64,000 nucleotides of DNA from Paraspadella gotoi (Eukaryota; Animalia; Chaetognatha). How positions within the stretch are numbered: the first letter of the stretch is position 1; each line of letters opens with the position of its first letter. The stretch is from positions 30,632,091 to 30,696,090 of the forward strand of contig CM119264.1 of NCBI GenBank assembly GCA_051294375.1, given 5' to 3'. The notes below the pieces were generated by a model, which saw only the letters and a list, made by a program, of their open reading frames with translations, was not told the DNA's origin and searched no databases. The position numbers and the translations under genes were made by a program. Shown in pieces: positions 1 through 13,250 of this stretch.

Positions 1-1309
1 AAAAAACAAAAAGGCAAAAACAAAAAGACAAAAAAGACAGAAAGACAAAAAGACAAATAGACAAAAAGAAAAAAAGAAAAAAAAGGAAGAAAAGACTTGA
101 AGTAGAAGGGAAATAAAAATGGCAAATTTCCCCTGACTTTCTTTCCAGTTTTCACGTCATTACATTTTTTTCCCAAAACCATTTAAAGTGTACAAATTAT
201 ATTATCTAAGTTTTGCAACATTTAATTTCAGCTCATGTAGCCACATGGTCATTTATTTGACAAGTATCAACTAATTTGATTTAACATTGCATTATTAAAT
301 TTAAATGTAACGGATCAAACCGACAGACAGACAGACAGATCGAGTACTTCCACTAAAAACTAAAATCTGTTCCAAACTTAATAATTGCGCCGCGAGTACT
401 TTTTGGTCGGTCGGTCTGTCTATTGGTCGGTCTGTCGGTCTTCCTTTGGCCTGTCCATATTAGGTTTCAAATGCTCTCTTACTTTTCTTTGGACCCCGGT
501 TGCTCTTCTGTTATTTTTGGACTCTAAGCGACTACGAGAGCAACCTTTCGTTTTTTTTTTTAAAGATATTAAAAAATATTATTCCGATGCAGTTTGTGTT
601 AAGGCAGTCACGTGATCAAATGGTATTGCACGTGAATTACTTACTACAATTTCGACATCGAAAATAACGAGGACTTCGGTCCCTTCATCTTTTCCGTCGA
701 ATCAATTTGAAGGAAGAATGACTTTAAAATTCCTCGGTTCATTTCCCTTCGTCGTCGTCTTCGTCGTCGTTGTTATCGTCGTCTTNNNNNNNNNNNNNNN
801 NNNNNNNNNNNNNNNNNNNNNNNNNNNNNNNNNNNNNNNNNNNNNNNNNNNNNNNNNNNNNNNNNNNNNNNNNNNNNNNNNNNNNNNNNNNNNNNNNNNN
901 NNNNNNNNNNNNNNNNNNNNNNNNNNNNNNNNNNNNNNNNNNNNNNNNNNNNNNNNNNNNNNNNNNNNNNNNNNNNNNNNNNNNNNNNNNNNNNNNNNNN
1001 NNNNNNNNNNNNNNNNNNNNNNNNNNNNNNNNNNNNNNNNNNNNNNNNNNNNNNNNNNNNNNNNNNNNNNGAGAGAGAGAGAGACGAAAAAAAGGGGAAA
1101 CTTAGTAACAAACCTCGTTAGCGAGAAAATGGGTTGAGGGTCGCAATGAAGCTTTTATCAATTTATTCCTGAATTAAACCAATCAACGTTGGAACAGATT
1201 TTTTTTCACTAATGATGCTGACAATGAAGTCGACGACGACGACGACGACGACGACGACAACGATGTGAATTTAAAAAAAGAAAAAGTCAACGACAAAGAA
1301 ACTAAATTA

Positions 1310-1340
<31 letters not shown>

Positions 1341-2416
1341 ACGACAACAACAACGACATTGAAGAAGCTGATGTTATATTCTCGCCTGACATTAAAATGT
1401 CTGATACAAGAATGACACCGTATGATGTCATCGCGTGAGATAAAAATTGAACTGTCTGACATATATGATCAACTGCCTGACATAAAAATGACATCGCCCG
1501 ATGCCAGCTAGACATCGGTATCACAAAATTACGCAGAGAAAGAGAGTTAGAGAGAAAGAGAGAAAGAGAGAGAGAGAGAGAGCGAGAGCGAGAGCGAGAG
1601 CGAGAGCGAGAGCGAGAGCCCCGTTGTCTCCCTCTCTAACACCACATGATCGATGACGCCGACGTATTTTTCCCTGAGTGAGATTTTTTGGTGAGTTTCG
1701 CTTTTCTCTGCTTCTTTTCCGAGGCGGAGTTTTTTGGAAAGTCTCTCCTGGTTATTGGAAGGGTCNNNNNNNNNNNNNNNNNNNNNNNNNNNNNNNNNNN
1801 NNNNNNNNNNNNNNNNNNNNNNNNNNNNNNNNNNNNNNNNNNNNNNNNNNNNNNNNNNNNNNNNNNNNNNNNNNNNNNNNNNNNNNNNNNNNNNNNNNNN
1901 NNNNNNNNNNNNNNNNNNNNNNNNNNNNNNNNNNNNNNNNNNNNNNNNNNNNNNNNNNNNNNNNNNNNNNNNNNNNNNNNNNNNNNNNNNNNNNNNNNNN
2001 NNNNNNNNNNNNNNNNNNNNNNNNNNNNNNNNNNNNNNNNNNNNNNNNNNNNNNNNNNNNNNNNNNNNNNNNNCCCCTTTCATCTCCCCAAAGGCGTGGT
2101 TTTTTTCCCGCCTCGTGTTCTCAATGGCCAAAGGTCAGAGGTCAAGCGGGTGAGGTCCTCCTTTTTAAACGCTGCATCGTTCGATATTTCGGGTGAGGGA
2201 GGGGGGGCGTTAGGGTAAGTAAGACTGAGGGTCGCGCAGACTTTGTCGTCGTTCGTTATTAGTTAATAAATAAACCAGGAAAATATTAAAAATACGATAT
2301 TAACAGTAGAAATATGACCTCGATCTGTATATAAATTTAAATAAACGAACAGAGAGAATCTCCTCTTGTTAAGGCATAATAAATAATTAATGACAGACAA
2401 ATAAATAATTAAATAA

Positions 2417-2482
2417 TTAATTAATTAAATAATTAATGACAGACGAATAAATAATTACTTTTAATTTTCTAAAAAGATGGGA

Positions 2483-2515
<33 letters not shown>

Positions 2516-2555
2516 CACATAGACAACCGCAACGACGATGACGACAAAGACGACG

Positions 2556-2592
<37 letters not shown>

Positions 2593-2762
2593 GACCCAGT
2601 CTCATTTCTCCGCCTCTGATTTCGGCCCCTGGATTTTGCGGCGACTTTTGTTGTTGTGATCACTGGCCACTAGGGACCGTCGTCGTCGTCGTCGTCGTCG
2701 TCATCTTCGTCGTCGTCAGCCAAAGATGAGAAAAACTAATAAACCTTTTCCGTATTCATATG

Positions 2763-2848
<86 letters not shown>

Positions 2849-3140
2849 AAATAAAAGAACTTTACCAGTTGATGAATAGCGTTTTGTAGCAAGAATGGCA
2901 ATGATGTCTCTTCGTCCTTTGCGTTTGCAACATAACGATGCCACTAATTCTTTGCCATCGCCATCTCTTGGAAGCAATAAGATTGCAGATGGTCGAGACT
3001 CTTCGCTTGACCTTCGTTTATTCCCCAGATTTCAAAGCCAAGGACAAATGGTGGTGATTGTGATAATGATGATGATGATGTTGATGATGATGATGATAAT
3101 GTTGTTGATGATGATGATGATTATGATGTTGATGATGATT
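2417..3140. repeat. Microsatellite cluster: (GAC)n/(AAC)n ~2483-2590, perfect (GA)n ~2766-2846, (ATG)n ~3050-3140
   Basis: Simple repeats read directly; they explain the poly-D/N/T/V/SL/M ORFs here. Confidence 0.95.
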
Positions 3141-3262
3141 TAGATAAAATTTAAGTTACTTTATGGCTGAAGTATTTTATTATTTAAATCTTTTTTTACT
3201 GTTCTTAATTAAATTCTAATCGATTTTACGATAATCAGTTTTCTTCAAAAATCTATTGATTT

Positions 3263-4151
3263 TTGACGACGACGACGACGAATGACCCGACGACGATGTT
3301 TACGGTTTCGATAATGACGCCGACGACGAGAATAAATGCCGCTAACCGACGAGTGTTGTGGTCGCGTCGCGTAGCGTGGCATAGCATTGCGCCAGCGTGG
3401 TTTAATTTGAAATCTCTGCGTGGCGTTGCTTCGCGTATCGTGGCGTTAAGTAGCATAAGCGCTGGCGTCGCGTAGCTTGAAATCGTCGCTGAGAGAAATT
3501 TTTGAAAAGGAGACGAACGAAACGAGAATGAGATCTGACGTTGGTTGTTAAATCCGGAGACATTTCCCCATCTTTTGAGATGAATGAATGAATGGAATGA
3601 AATGTAAATGAATGAATGAATGAATCGAATGAATAAATAAATAAATTTAATAAATGAATGAATGAATGAATGAATTTGAATGAATGAATGAATGAATGAA
3701 TGAATGAATGAATGAATGAATGAATGAATGAATAAAGAAAAAATGAATGAATGAATGAAAAGAATGAATGAATGAATGAATAAAGAAAAAAAAGAATGAA
3801 TGAAATGAATGATGAATGAAATGAATGAATGAATTTAAAAAAAAATGAATGAATGAAATGAGTGATGATGAATGATTGAATGGAATGAATGAAAAGAATA
3901 AAAAAAATTAAAGGAAAAAATCAATGAATGAATGAATTAATGAGATAATGATTGAATTAATGAAATGATTGGACTGACTAAAAGAATAAAGGGAATGTGA
4001 ATGTGAAAATTGTGAAATTAAAATTATCAGCACTTAAATACTATTTTAGCATTTAACATTTGCTAATATAAACTAATTTGGTAAATGAAAATTAATTCAC
4101 CTAAAAAGAATATTCGTCTCAAGTGAAAAAAAAATCTCTATCTTCTCTCTT

Positions 4152-4186
<35 letters not shown>

Positions 4187-5166
4187 TCTCTCGTCTTCGT
4201 CTCTCTCGGAGGGACCCTTCTCTCTCTCCTCTCTCTCTATCTTCTCCTCTCTCCTCTCTCTCTCTCTCGTTTATATTTTTTTGCTCTCTCTTTTTCGCAA
4301 GGAAACGCGAATGAAAATCGAATATTTTCCGCCGGANNNNNNNNNNNNNNNNNNNNNNNNNAGAGAAAGAGAGAGATAGAGATTTTTTTTTCACTTGAAG
4401 ACGATATTCTTTTTAGTGAATTAATTTTCATTACCAATATTAGTTATATTACAAATGTTAAATGCTAAAATAGTATTTAAGTGCTGATAATTTTAATTTC
4501 ACAATTTCACATTCACATTCCCTTTATTCTTTTATTAATTCTTTCAGTCAGTCAATCATTCATTTATTCAGTCATTTATTCATTAATTCATTCATTCATT
4601 GATTTTTTCCTTTATTTTTTTTTATTCTTTCATTCATCCATTCAATCATTCATCATTCACTCATTCATTCATTCATTTTTTTTTAAATTCATTCATTCAT
4701 TTATTCATTCATTCATTCATTCATTCATTCTTTTTTTCTTTATTCATTCATTCANNNNNNNNNNTCATTCTTTTTTTTCTTTATTCATTCATTCATTCAT
4801 TCTTTTATTCATTCATTCATTTTTTTTTTATTCATTCATTCATTCATTCATTCATTCATTCATTCATTCATTCATTCATTCATTCATTCATTCAAAAGAT
4901 GGAAATGTCTCCGGATTTAACAACCAAGTCAGATCTCATTCTCGTTCGTCGTCTCTCTTTTCAAAAATTCTTTCAGCGACGATTTCAAGCTACGCGACGC
5001 AGCGCTATGCTACTTAACGCCACGATACGCGAAGCAACGCCACGCAGAGATCAAATAAACCACGCTGCGCAATGCTATGCCACGCTACGCGACGCGACCA
5101 CAACACTCGTCGTTAGCGGATTTATTCTCGTCGTCGGCGTCATTATCGAAATCGTAAACATCGTCG

Positions 5167-5198
<32 letters not shown>
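3263..5198. repeat. Inverted repeat (~0.85-kb arms, ~3263-4150 and 4362-5198) around a 25-N gap; arms contain (TGAA)n
   Basis: 3540-3580 'ttggttgttaaatccggagacatttccccatctttt' is the reverse complement of 4893-4927 'aaaagatggaaatgtctccggatttaacaaccaa'. The match continues through the CG-rich block and the AT-rich 4020-4140 / 4380-4510 block, with indel-type differences. Confidence 0.9.
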
Positions 5199-5223
5199 NN
5201 NNNNNNNNNNNNNNNNNNNNNNN

Positions 5224-5600
5224 GGTTGGATTAGAGGGAAGTGGAGTGGAGGGAGAGGAGATTTAACAACACAAGGGTCAGATCCATCTCGTTCGTTCGT
5301 CTCTCTTTTCAAAAAATTCTCTCAAGAGACGCCGATTTCAAAGGCTACGCGACCGCACCCGCTATGCTAACCTTTAACCGCCAAACAATACGCGACAGCC
5401 GACAAACCGCCACGCAGAGATCTAAATTCAAAATAAAATAAACCACGCTGCGCATGTGCTATATGCCACGCTACCGCGACCCGCGCGAACGACCACAATA
5501 CACTCGTCTGTTTAGCGGACTAAAAAATCTTAAAATTTGAAAATAATATTTTTTCGTCAGTCTCGGCCTCGATATTATCGAAACGTCGTGGATTCGCGGG
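5224..5600 (+). repeat. Third, noisier copy of the CG-rich block of 4900-5170
   Basis: 'ggatttaacaac..gtcagatc..ctcgttcgt..caaaaattct..gatttcaa..ctacgcgac..' recurs right after the 5199-5223 25-N gap with many insertions. Confidence 0.85.
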
Positions 5601-6280
5601 CTGTACAAACATCTCCGGGCTTCTGCTCGTCCTCAGCCGTGTCCCCGTCCCGTCACGTCTCGTAGCGTCGTCCTTGCACCGGTCGTCGTCCCGCCGAGGC
5701 TGATCCCCCGTCCTCCGCACACCACTCTCGAGGGTAAGATCGCCAAAGCCAGCGCTAGCCCAACGCTATCGCGATATCGTGGACGTCTGATTCCAAGTCG
5801 CTCGCATTCCTCTAAGCTAACCGTCGCAGACCTATGTGTCGATGATCAACTCAGCCCCGACCCGCCGCATCTTACCCCCTCCTCTCTCCTCCTTTTGCCC
5901 CTCCTCCTCACTCCTCGCCCCGCCATTCATCAGCGGACGCCGAATCTTATAGATTAGTAGACGACGAGTATCCTGCGCCTTACATCCATCTATAACGATC
6001 GAGCACCGAGACGCGTGAGAGCTCTCGCTGTCATCCTGCATGTTGAACGGAGATCCAGCACCGTCTCAGAGCCGGTGGAGGAAGGAGAGGCGAGAGGGAG
6101 TGGGAGAGAGAGAGAGAAGTAGGAGAAGAGAGAGGAGAGAAGAGAGAGTGAGAGAGAGAGGAAGGAGAGAGAGAGAGGGACAGAGAGAGACCCAAGTTTT
6201 CGCTTAGGGTTGCGTTTTGCTTCGAAGCGACAGATTTTTCGGGGAGAGAATCGATTCTGCTGCTTTGAGGACGAATTGGG

Positions 6281-6327
6281 TGATTGGTCACTGATTGATC
6301 ACTGATTGATCACTGATTGGTCACTGA
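6281..6327. repeat. 11-bp tandem repeat (TGATTGRTCAC) x4
   Basis: tgattggtcac tgattgatcac tgattgatcac tgattggtcac read directly. Confidence 0.9.
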
Positions 6328-7015
6328 AGCAAAACTAATCGTGATTGATGGCCGCGGGTCTGTTGTGAATATTTTAGAATAATGATGACTTGATCCATTG
6401 GTTAAATTGTAAATCTCGTTAATAAACCTAATGTAAATAATGTAATAATAATGTAATAAATAATGTAAATAATGTAAACCTAGTGTAAAATTGAAGCAAA
6501 TACGTACATCCGTAGACGTCGCGCGAAACAAAATAGCAAATTCTGAAACACGACATCTCGTAGTCGGGACTATTTCTTTTGACCGAAACATATAAATATA
6601 GTTCATGTTTAGAACAAACGAAGGCCGATGGTTCAACAAATTAGTTAAAATACGTACGGGCACCTAAATTATATTTTAATTTCGTGAATTAAATTTTCCC
6701 CATGCTAACTTAGTAATTTAAACTTATTTTCATATTTTTATATTACGTAGACGTAAATTTCCTTTTTAAGTACATAAATTTATGTATCGCTCTGTAACAT
6801 ATTTTATTTTTAATGTGTTAACTGTCACATTTTGGAGCATTCTAAATAAAATTAAAAATGACAAGATTTACTTTTTTTTATAAATCAAATCAAAATCAAA
6901 TCAACCCGATGTCATCTGATTTCCAAAAATGACAAGATTTATTTTTTCGCCACGAAAATTTATATAATTGTATCAAAAAACGAGGGTAATTAATAAGTGA
7001 CAATATTTTTATAGT

Positions 7016-7208
7016 TGATAAAAAGGAAACGACGAAACGATGACAAAGGTTATGACAAAGATAATGACAAATATTTAATTATTCAATAATTAAATAAAGA
7101 AGATTCCCTCGAGAACCCTCGGCAATCCCCGGCCATCGACTCCTTAGTCTCTCTGTCGGTCATTGGTCAGTCTGAGGTTGAAATAAAGTCTGTGATTGGT
7201 CGGTATTC

Positions 7209-7263
<55 letters not shown>

Positions 7264-7870
7264 TATCTAATGCGATCTCTCATGACACAAAACCTTTCCT
7301 CCCCTCACTATGTTGCATCTCAACATTTCCCCCATGGGGTCGACCCTGTCCCCCCAGGGGTTCAGCCCTGTCTTCCCAGGGGTTGAACCCTGTCCCCCCA
7401 GGTTTGACCCTGTCCTCCCCAGGGGTTCGACCCCCAGGGTCTACGACGACGAAGGCGATTGCATACGGAAAGAAGCCGGTCTTGGGCTTTTTGTCGCGAC
7501 GCCGACCCGGAGGAGATGTCGGCACTGTTTGACGAAAGCGCCACATTTCTGTTCATAATCCCTGAACCTGATTTTATTTTTTTTTTAAATTATAATAATT
7601 TTTTAAATAAATAATTAACCTAATCTTTAATCTTATTCTTTTTTTTTAAATTAAGCTTAACCTATTTACTAATCAAAATTCTTAACCCAAACCCCAAACC
7701 TTTACTATAAACCCAAACCCTTTTAATTAATTTATTAACTAAATAAATCATTAACCTTTATTTATGTTTTATCCTTATTTCTTAATTTTTAAACTTTTAA
7801 ATTTTTTTTTATTCCGAATTTAAGCTGAAACGAGACAGTTTTAGAAAATACGGCCGATAATTGGAGATCT
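7016..7870 (+). repeat. Left arm of an inverted repeat; partner is 8995-9235 plus 15044-15768, split by the Gypsy insertion. Contains (TA)n and a ~21-bp CCCCCAGGGGTTCGACCCTGT tandem array (7330-7440)
   Basis: 7820-7870 is the reverse complement of 8995-9050; 7640-7800 of 9060-9235; 7016-7640 of 15044-15768. Confidence 0.9.
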
Positions 7871-7942
7871 CCTATTGTCGAAGAATCTTCCTTTGTTACA
7901 GATGTTGTTGCCGTCCGTTGAACGTCGCCAGCGATTCGTCTC

Positions 7943-7976
<34 letters not shown>

Positions 7977-7989
7977 AGGAGAGAGAGAG

Positions 7990-8038
<49 letters not shown>

Positions 8039-8564
8039 CAAGTTTCTTCCTTTCGCTCACAGATCACGCGGGTCATTAATGCAAACGAAGTGTAGAGAGA
8101 GACATGAGAGAGAGAGAGAGAGAGAAGAGAGAGATAGAGAGAGAGAGAGGAGAAGAGAGAGAGAGAGAGAGAGAAGGAGAGAGAGAGAGAGAGAGAGAGA
8201 GGATTACGGCTTCAGTTGATATCGTCATCTATTCGTCCTCTTCGTTGTCGTCACAGTCAGCGTCTTCCGATATTTACTCTCGTCGTTGTCATCTTCTTCA
8301 ATTTTTCATCGTCGTCGTCGTCATCCCATTCTAATCAATGTCATAAACGTCTCCGAAATAAATCACCATCATCGTCTTTAACATTGTCTTTTTCATTATC
8401 GTCATCGAGTTTGGCCTAATCGTCGTTATCATCGTCATCATCATCATCGTTCATCATCGTCATCATCATCGTCATCTCTCCCAGACCGGAAGTAGACGGC
8501 GATATTTCTTCGTCGCTTCGCTTCTCCCAATTTTTGCCTCATCTGCGATTGGTTTGAGCAGAGT

Positions 8565-8760
8565 TTCGCTAAACCAAGACTGAAGCTTTTGCTTAAAACG
8601 AGAGCAGAACTCCGCTAAATCGAGACTGGCACTTTGAAAAATATAGTTGGGTGCTTCGCTAAATCACGGCTTGGGCTACGCTAAATCAGGACTGAAGTTT
8701 TAGTAGATGCAGACTGGATCGCTAAATCGAAAACTGCATCATCTTTAAAACGAAACTGAT
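8565..8760. repeat. Degenerate ~21-bp minisatellite (core CGCTAAATC..GACTG) in the spacer of the inverted repeat
   Basis: 'cgctaaa' recurs at about 8567, 8613, 8657, 8679 and 8720, mostly followed by a gactg-like motif. Confidence 0.65.
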
Positions 8761-9235
8761 ACTTTTACATTTACATATGTACGCCTGTTATGTATATCTT
8801 ATCTAATCATTCGCTCGATCTTTCTCTTTGTCTCGAACACCAAAAGGATCGACCTTAATGACCCACCACTTCAGAGATGACCCTCCACATCAAGGATGAC
8901 CCTCCCGCCATAGATTACCTCAACCCGTCCCCCTCACTCCACTCCTTCCTCTAACGGGATATACGCCCATTTACATTCTTCGACCAATAAGGCAGATCTC
9001 CAAATTATCGGCCGTATTTTCTAAAACTGTCTCGTTTCAGCTTTTAAATTCGGAATAAAAAAAAATTTAAAAGTTTTTTAAAAATTAAGAAATAAGGATA
9101 AAACATAAATAAAGGTTAATGATTTATTTAGTTAATAAATTAATTAAAAGGGTGGCTTTATAGTATAAGCGTTGGGTTTGGGTTAAGTGATATTTTGATA
9201 GTAAATAGGTTAAGCTTAATTTAAAAAAAACAGAA

Positions 9236-9436
9236 TGCGGAAATAAGAGAGACTTTTTTTAGTAAAAGGTTTTTATTATTAGAGAGGAGAAACAGACACG
9301 ACAAGACACTTTTTAGAGTACTGGAAAAATGAAGTACATACATAAGGTAGTTTTCACCGTGAGCGGAATTCTAAGGGCCAATCTAATGGACACGGAAATT
9401 TCGAACGATGTTTTTCATTCACGTTCTCTCTCTTCA
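9236..9436 (-). repeat. 3' LTR of the Gypsy element
   Basis: Matches 14828-15043 (shared 'gagaaacagacacgacaagacactttt', 'gaattctaagg(g)ccaatctaa', 'acgttctctc..tcttca'); abuts the PPT. Confidence 0.92.
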
Positions 9437-10049
9437 ACCCCCCCCTAATTTTTATCGATGTGCCGTTTTTTCGTGTTGTTTAAAAAACGTCGGAAATAAT
9501 AAAATTATCATTATTTAATTTAAAAATTGCACATTCTATAAATATCTACTTATTTTTTAAGTAAACATGCTTTACGGTTGCCAATAAGTTATTTACCATT
9601 TGTACAATGTAGGGTAAGCCGTTTGAGAATTAGTTTGTTATTAAACTTCGGAGCAGGGGCTCATTCATTGTCATCATTGGACGTGCACATTTCTGCGGAG
9701 GTTTAAAACTCGATCTTTTTGCTGCTCGTCTGGTTGGCAATTCGCTTGTTTTGGAGGTGCCGATGTTTGGCCGCGAAGAGCAGATCCGCAGGTTTGTTCT
9801 TGGTCAAAGGGATCAGCGTTGGGATTTCTTGAATTGTTTCCATCGGCGGGCCTGCCGCGTTTGGAGATGATGATCGACTGACGTGGACGACCTCTTTGGA
9901 CGTGCCATGCGGGATGTACGGGGGGAGATTCTTCATTCAATAACCGCGGGTTTTATGCGCATCAATGGAAACAGTTTCCGTTACCCCGCGCTTACCTGGA
10001 ATGGTTGATTGATGAAGTTTTTTCATTTCTTGCAGACAACGGCGTAAGG

Positions 10050-13000
10050 CGGCCGTCGTAAGGCAGGATAGTGGGCCAGCGGTGGCTCGCGGCGGCGAAT
10101 AGACCCATTCTGCGCGTTTTGAGTTGTCGTGGAACATGCTGGGGTGGTTTGGTGTGGGCGGTTCCAGGAGTGGGAGGGGTGAGGGAAGGGACCAGACACT
10201 AATGCGTGGCGAAGTGTGGCAAAGTTTGACTCATATTAGCGACCGGCGAGTTGATTTTCACTATTCACTTGTAGGTAACAAGAATTAGCCTCCTCGGTCT
10301 TATTCTTGGACGGGAAGTCCATATATCGAACCTTCTGGGGAAAGAGTGGGGTTCATTTGTAATGGAGTTCTCCAGGATAGTAAGGTTTCTCCTATAACAA
10401 TTCTGCGCAGGAGATGCTATGGAGATCATCTTTTGGAGTTTGTGCGGAAGACCTTAGGAGGATCCAAGGCGTGAAGTTTGTAAACCAATGTACCATTGTG
10501 TCACACTTAGTTTTTGAGAGATGCCTTTTAGTGTCTTATGAAATCTTTGTCTCCACCATACCGTTGGATTGTGGGATGAATAAATGCAGTGTGTTTGGTG
10601 AACAGCTTGATAAACCAATGGTTTGAGACAGTTGGCGCGACAATTCGTATGAAAATTGAGCACCTCGGTTCTTGAGGTCACTGAAACAGGATCTCTAGAA
10701 TACGAGCAATCCAGTTGTGAGAGAAATAGCTGTTGCAATGCAAATGCAGTATTATAGTTTCTTTAAGCTGGGATAGGCTCGGGCCAACGTGGGGAAAATA
10801 CGCTCGGTCGACACACAAGTTGAGGAGATGTGTGAAGTCCATTGGAGGGAAGAGAAAAGGGGGACCAAACTAGATCTATATGACGAAAAAAAATGTTGGA
10901 AACGAGTATATCTGGGTTTTCAAATGGACATAATGTAGTTGGTAGAGACATTGGGTGTGGCGTTTGTATTTTGCAACGTTGACACTGATGGCATTAAGAG
11001 CCCAACTTTTGGCATCTGCAGAGATTGATGGCCAGACAAAACGTTGGCAGATCATCTCTTTGTCTTGTTGCAGATGGATGTGAGAGGCCATGTACTTTAT
11101 CAAATACACGTCTTCGCCATGTTTCTGGTACAAAACAGGGCGCGGCCTTTTGCCCCGTCTGATGTCGCAAATTTATTTGTCAGTGTTTTAGTTTATGCGG
11201 ATTATGCAAGCGCGCAGACCAGTCTGTGTGGGTCACGAAGAAGTCGTTTTGAAACATCGATGTCCGGTTGGTTTCGGTCTTGTGCCATTCTGTGAAATCA
11301 AGCCTTTGGTTTCAATATGCATTTTATGGTTGTTTCGAGGAGAAGAGACTGTTCTGTTGTTATGTTTGACGCGAGATAGGGCATCTGCAAACAATATTGC
11401 TTTGCCTTCAATGAATTCTAATATCGCAGTGGTGTACTCAGGATATGCCAAGAAAGTGGTATGTTTGTCTGGCTGAATGAAGATTCAGATTATTTGACGA
11501 ATGATGGAACAAGGAGGAGTGTGATCATCGTGAACAGGCAGAATGGGACGTCCCTCTAGAAATGGTCGGAGAGATGACGAATGGGCCGCGAAAGACAGCA
11601 AGGAAGCTCTCTGTCAAAGAGGCCATTTACCTTGGGCTGGTCAGTGAGAGAGGTGAGGAAAAGGAATGAGAGAGAGTGGTTTCCATACACCATCAACAGC
11701 TTGTTCCAGGACACCTCCATTGCAAGATTGGAGGCATCAACTGTGAGTGCTAGGGGAGCGCCATCAATTGCGGGTGGACAAGCATGTTGCCTTGGCTCAG
11801 GGTCTCTTTGGCAGTGTGATGCACTATATAGACATTCTTGTGACCAGCCGTGAGTCTCTTTGGCTTTCCTTCTGCAGACAGAAATAAAGGGGTGAATGAG
11901 GTGATGCTGCTATTGGATATTATGAAAATCGAGATTAGTAGTTCAGAACTCCTAAAAAAACGGGTGTGGAGTTCTTTGATCGTCGTTGGGCTGGGAATGC
12001 GCAGGTCTTCGACTTTGGCTGGAAGCTGGTTTGACTCCTGCAGCACTGACTTCGTAACCCTAAGCAAATTCAAGAGGAAGAGGCGCCAAAGATGCATTTT
12101 GGAGCGGTTAATACCAGCCCATTAAGCGGCGGAGTGCGTTGAAGACGGAAAAACAAAGGTCCTCTAGGTGACTAACGTTCTTCTTCAGAGAGTTTTTGAA
12201 GAACAACCAAGCATTATCATCAAGGTAACAAAGCAATGAGGGATCCATTAAGACGGCGTCCATCTCTTTGGAAAACGTCTTGGCCGCTGTTCTTGAGGCC
12301 AAAAGGCATTTTCTTAAGGAACTCGTAAAGGCCAAAAGGTTGGAGTGTGATAATGGCTGTTTGTGGATGTCTCTTCAGCTTACGGGAATCTGGTGAAAAC
12401 CCTTTGTTAAAGGTTCGATTTTAGCAAAAGACCTTTTTTCCCGCAATGTGGAGCATTTGAAATCAAGATGTTGCTTGATGGGATATCGGTCCATCCTTGT
12501 GTGACAGCTTTAGTCTGCGGTAATCTCCGCAAGGGCGGGAGGACTATCACACTCGGGTTTTTGACTAGTGTGGAAGAGATGGCAGAGGACCCATGAACTT
12601 GTGGCTTTTGCGAATGCATGCCAAGAGCCTCCATTTTGTTCAAATTCTGCTTTTGCTGCATTGCAAGTGTTCTGGGGGATGAGACTCGGCGGCACGGCAG
12701 TGAACTTGGAGGACCTTCAGGTTGGGATGTAGTGTTTAACACCATGTTTAGGTATTGAAGAGGTCAAAAAGAAAGAGTTGTGAGTCTGGTCTTTCGTCAA
12801 GTAAATTGTGTGTAGGCGTTGGAAACATGGTTGACTCGAGTGGGAGTGGCTGAGACTGATTTGCCAGTGGACTGTGGTGAAGTCTTCAAGTAATCAACTA
12901 GAGAACCTAGTTGTGTTGTCCGGCGGCCAGAGTGGAGTAGTTCATTAGAAAGTCGGCGCCGATGCATTGGGGCGCGTTACGTTCCAACAACAAAGTTCCC

Positions 13001-13250
13001 ATTTCGAATTCGGTGCACGCGTGCCCAAGTTGCAGATTTCATGGGGTTTGGACACCATAGCATGGGATTTCTGCAGCCATTGGCTGTGGAGGGGAGGTCG
13101 CGTGGGATGGCGCCTTTAGCGATTTGTTGAGGCTTTTGCGGCGACGTGAAAAACACTAGCACCGCTATCCACAGGCCAGTGAGGTTGTTGGAGTTGTCGC
13201 GAACGATGGAGCAGAGTCTTCGATAACGCCGGCGGCCGCGCTCACTTGCC
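10050..13250 (-). pseudogene. pol: Gypsy pol (aspartic protease, reverse transcriptase, RNase H, integrase), heavily frameshifted
   Basis: Minus-strand motifs: VDSGAS (~13155-13172) then TANG; RPCGDYR (~12517-12537), DRYP, FAKI.LTKGFHQIP, TAIIT.FG, YLDD (12216-12227); LTVDASN (~11725-11745), FDRELL, HFLEGRP, ADALSR; integrase QRFVWP, HIDLV..LPSNG, RWPE.IP, NGMVE..H.TLK, PKDDL. Boundaries approximate. Confidence 0.92.

Noticed and set aside
718-2218. ORFs spanning X runs (also 18359-19644, 33211-33753, 51500-52021, 52883-53233)
   Set aside because: Open only because N gaps contain no stop codons.
4481-5234. 178-211-aa 'FIHSFIHS' ORFs
   Set aside because: Translation of the (TTCA)n microsatellite.
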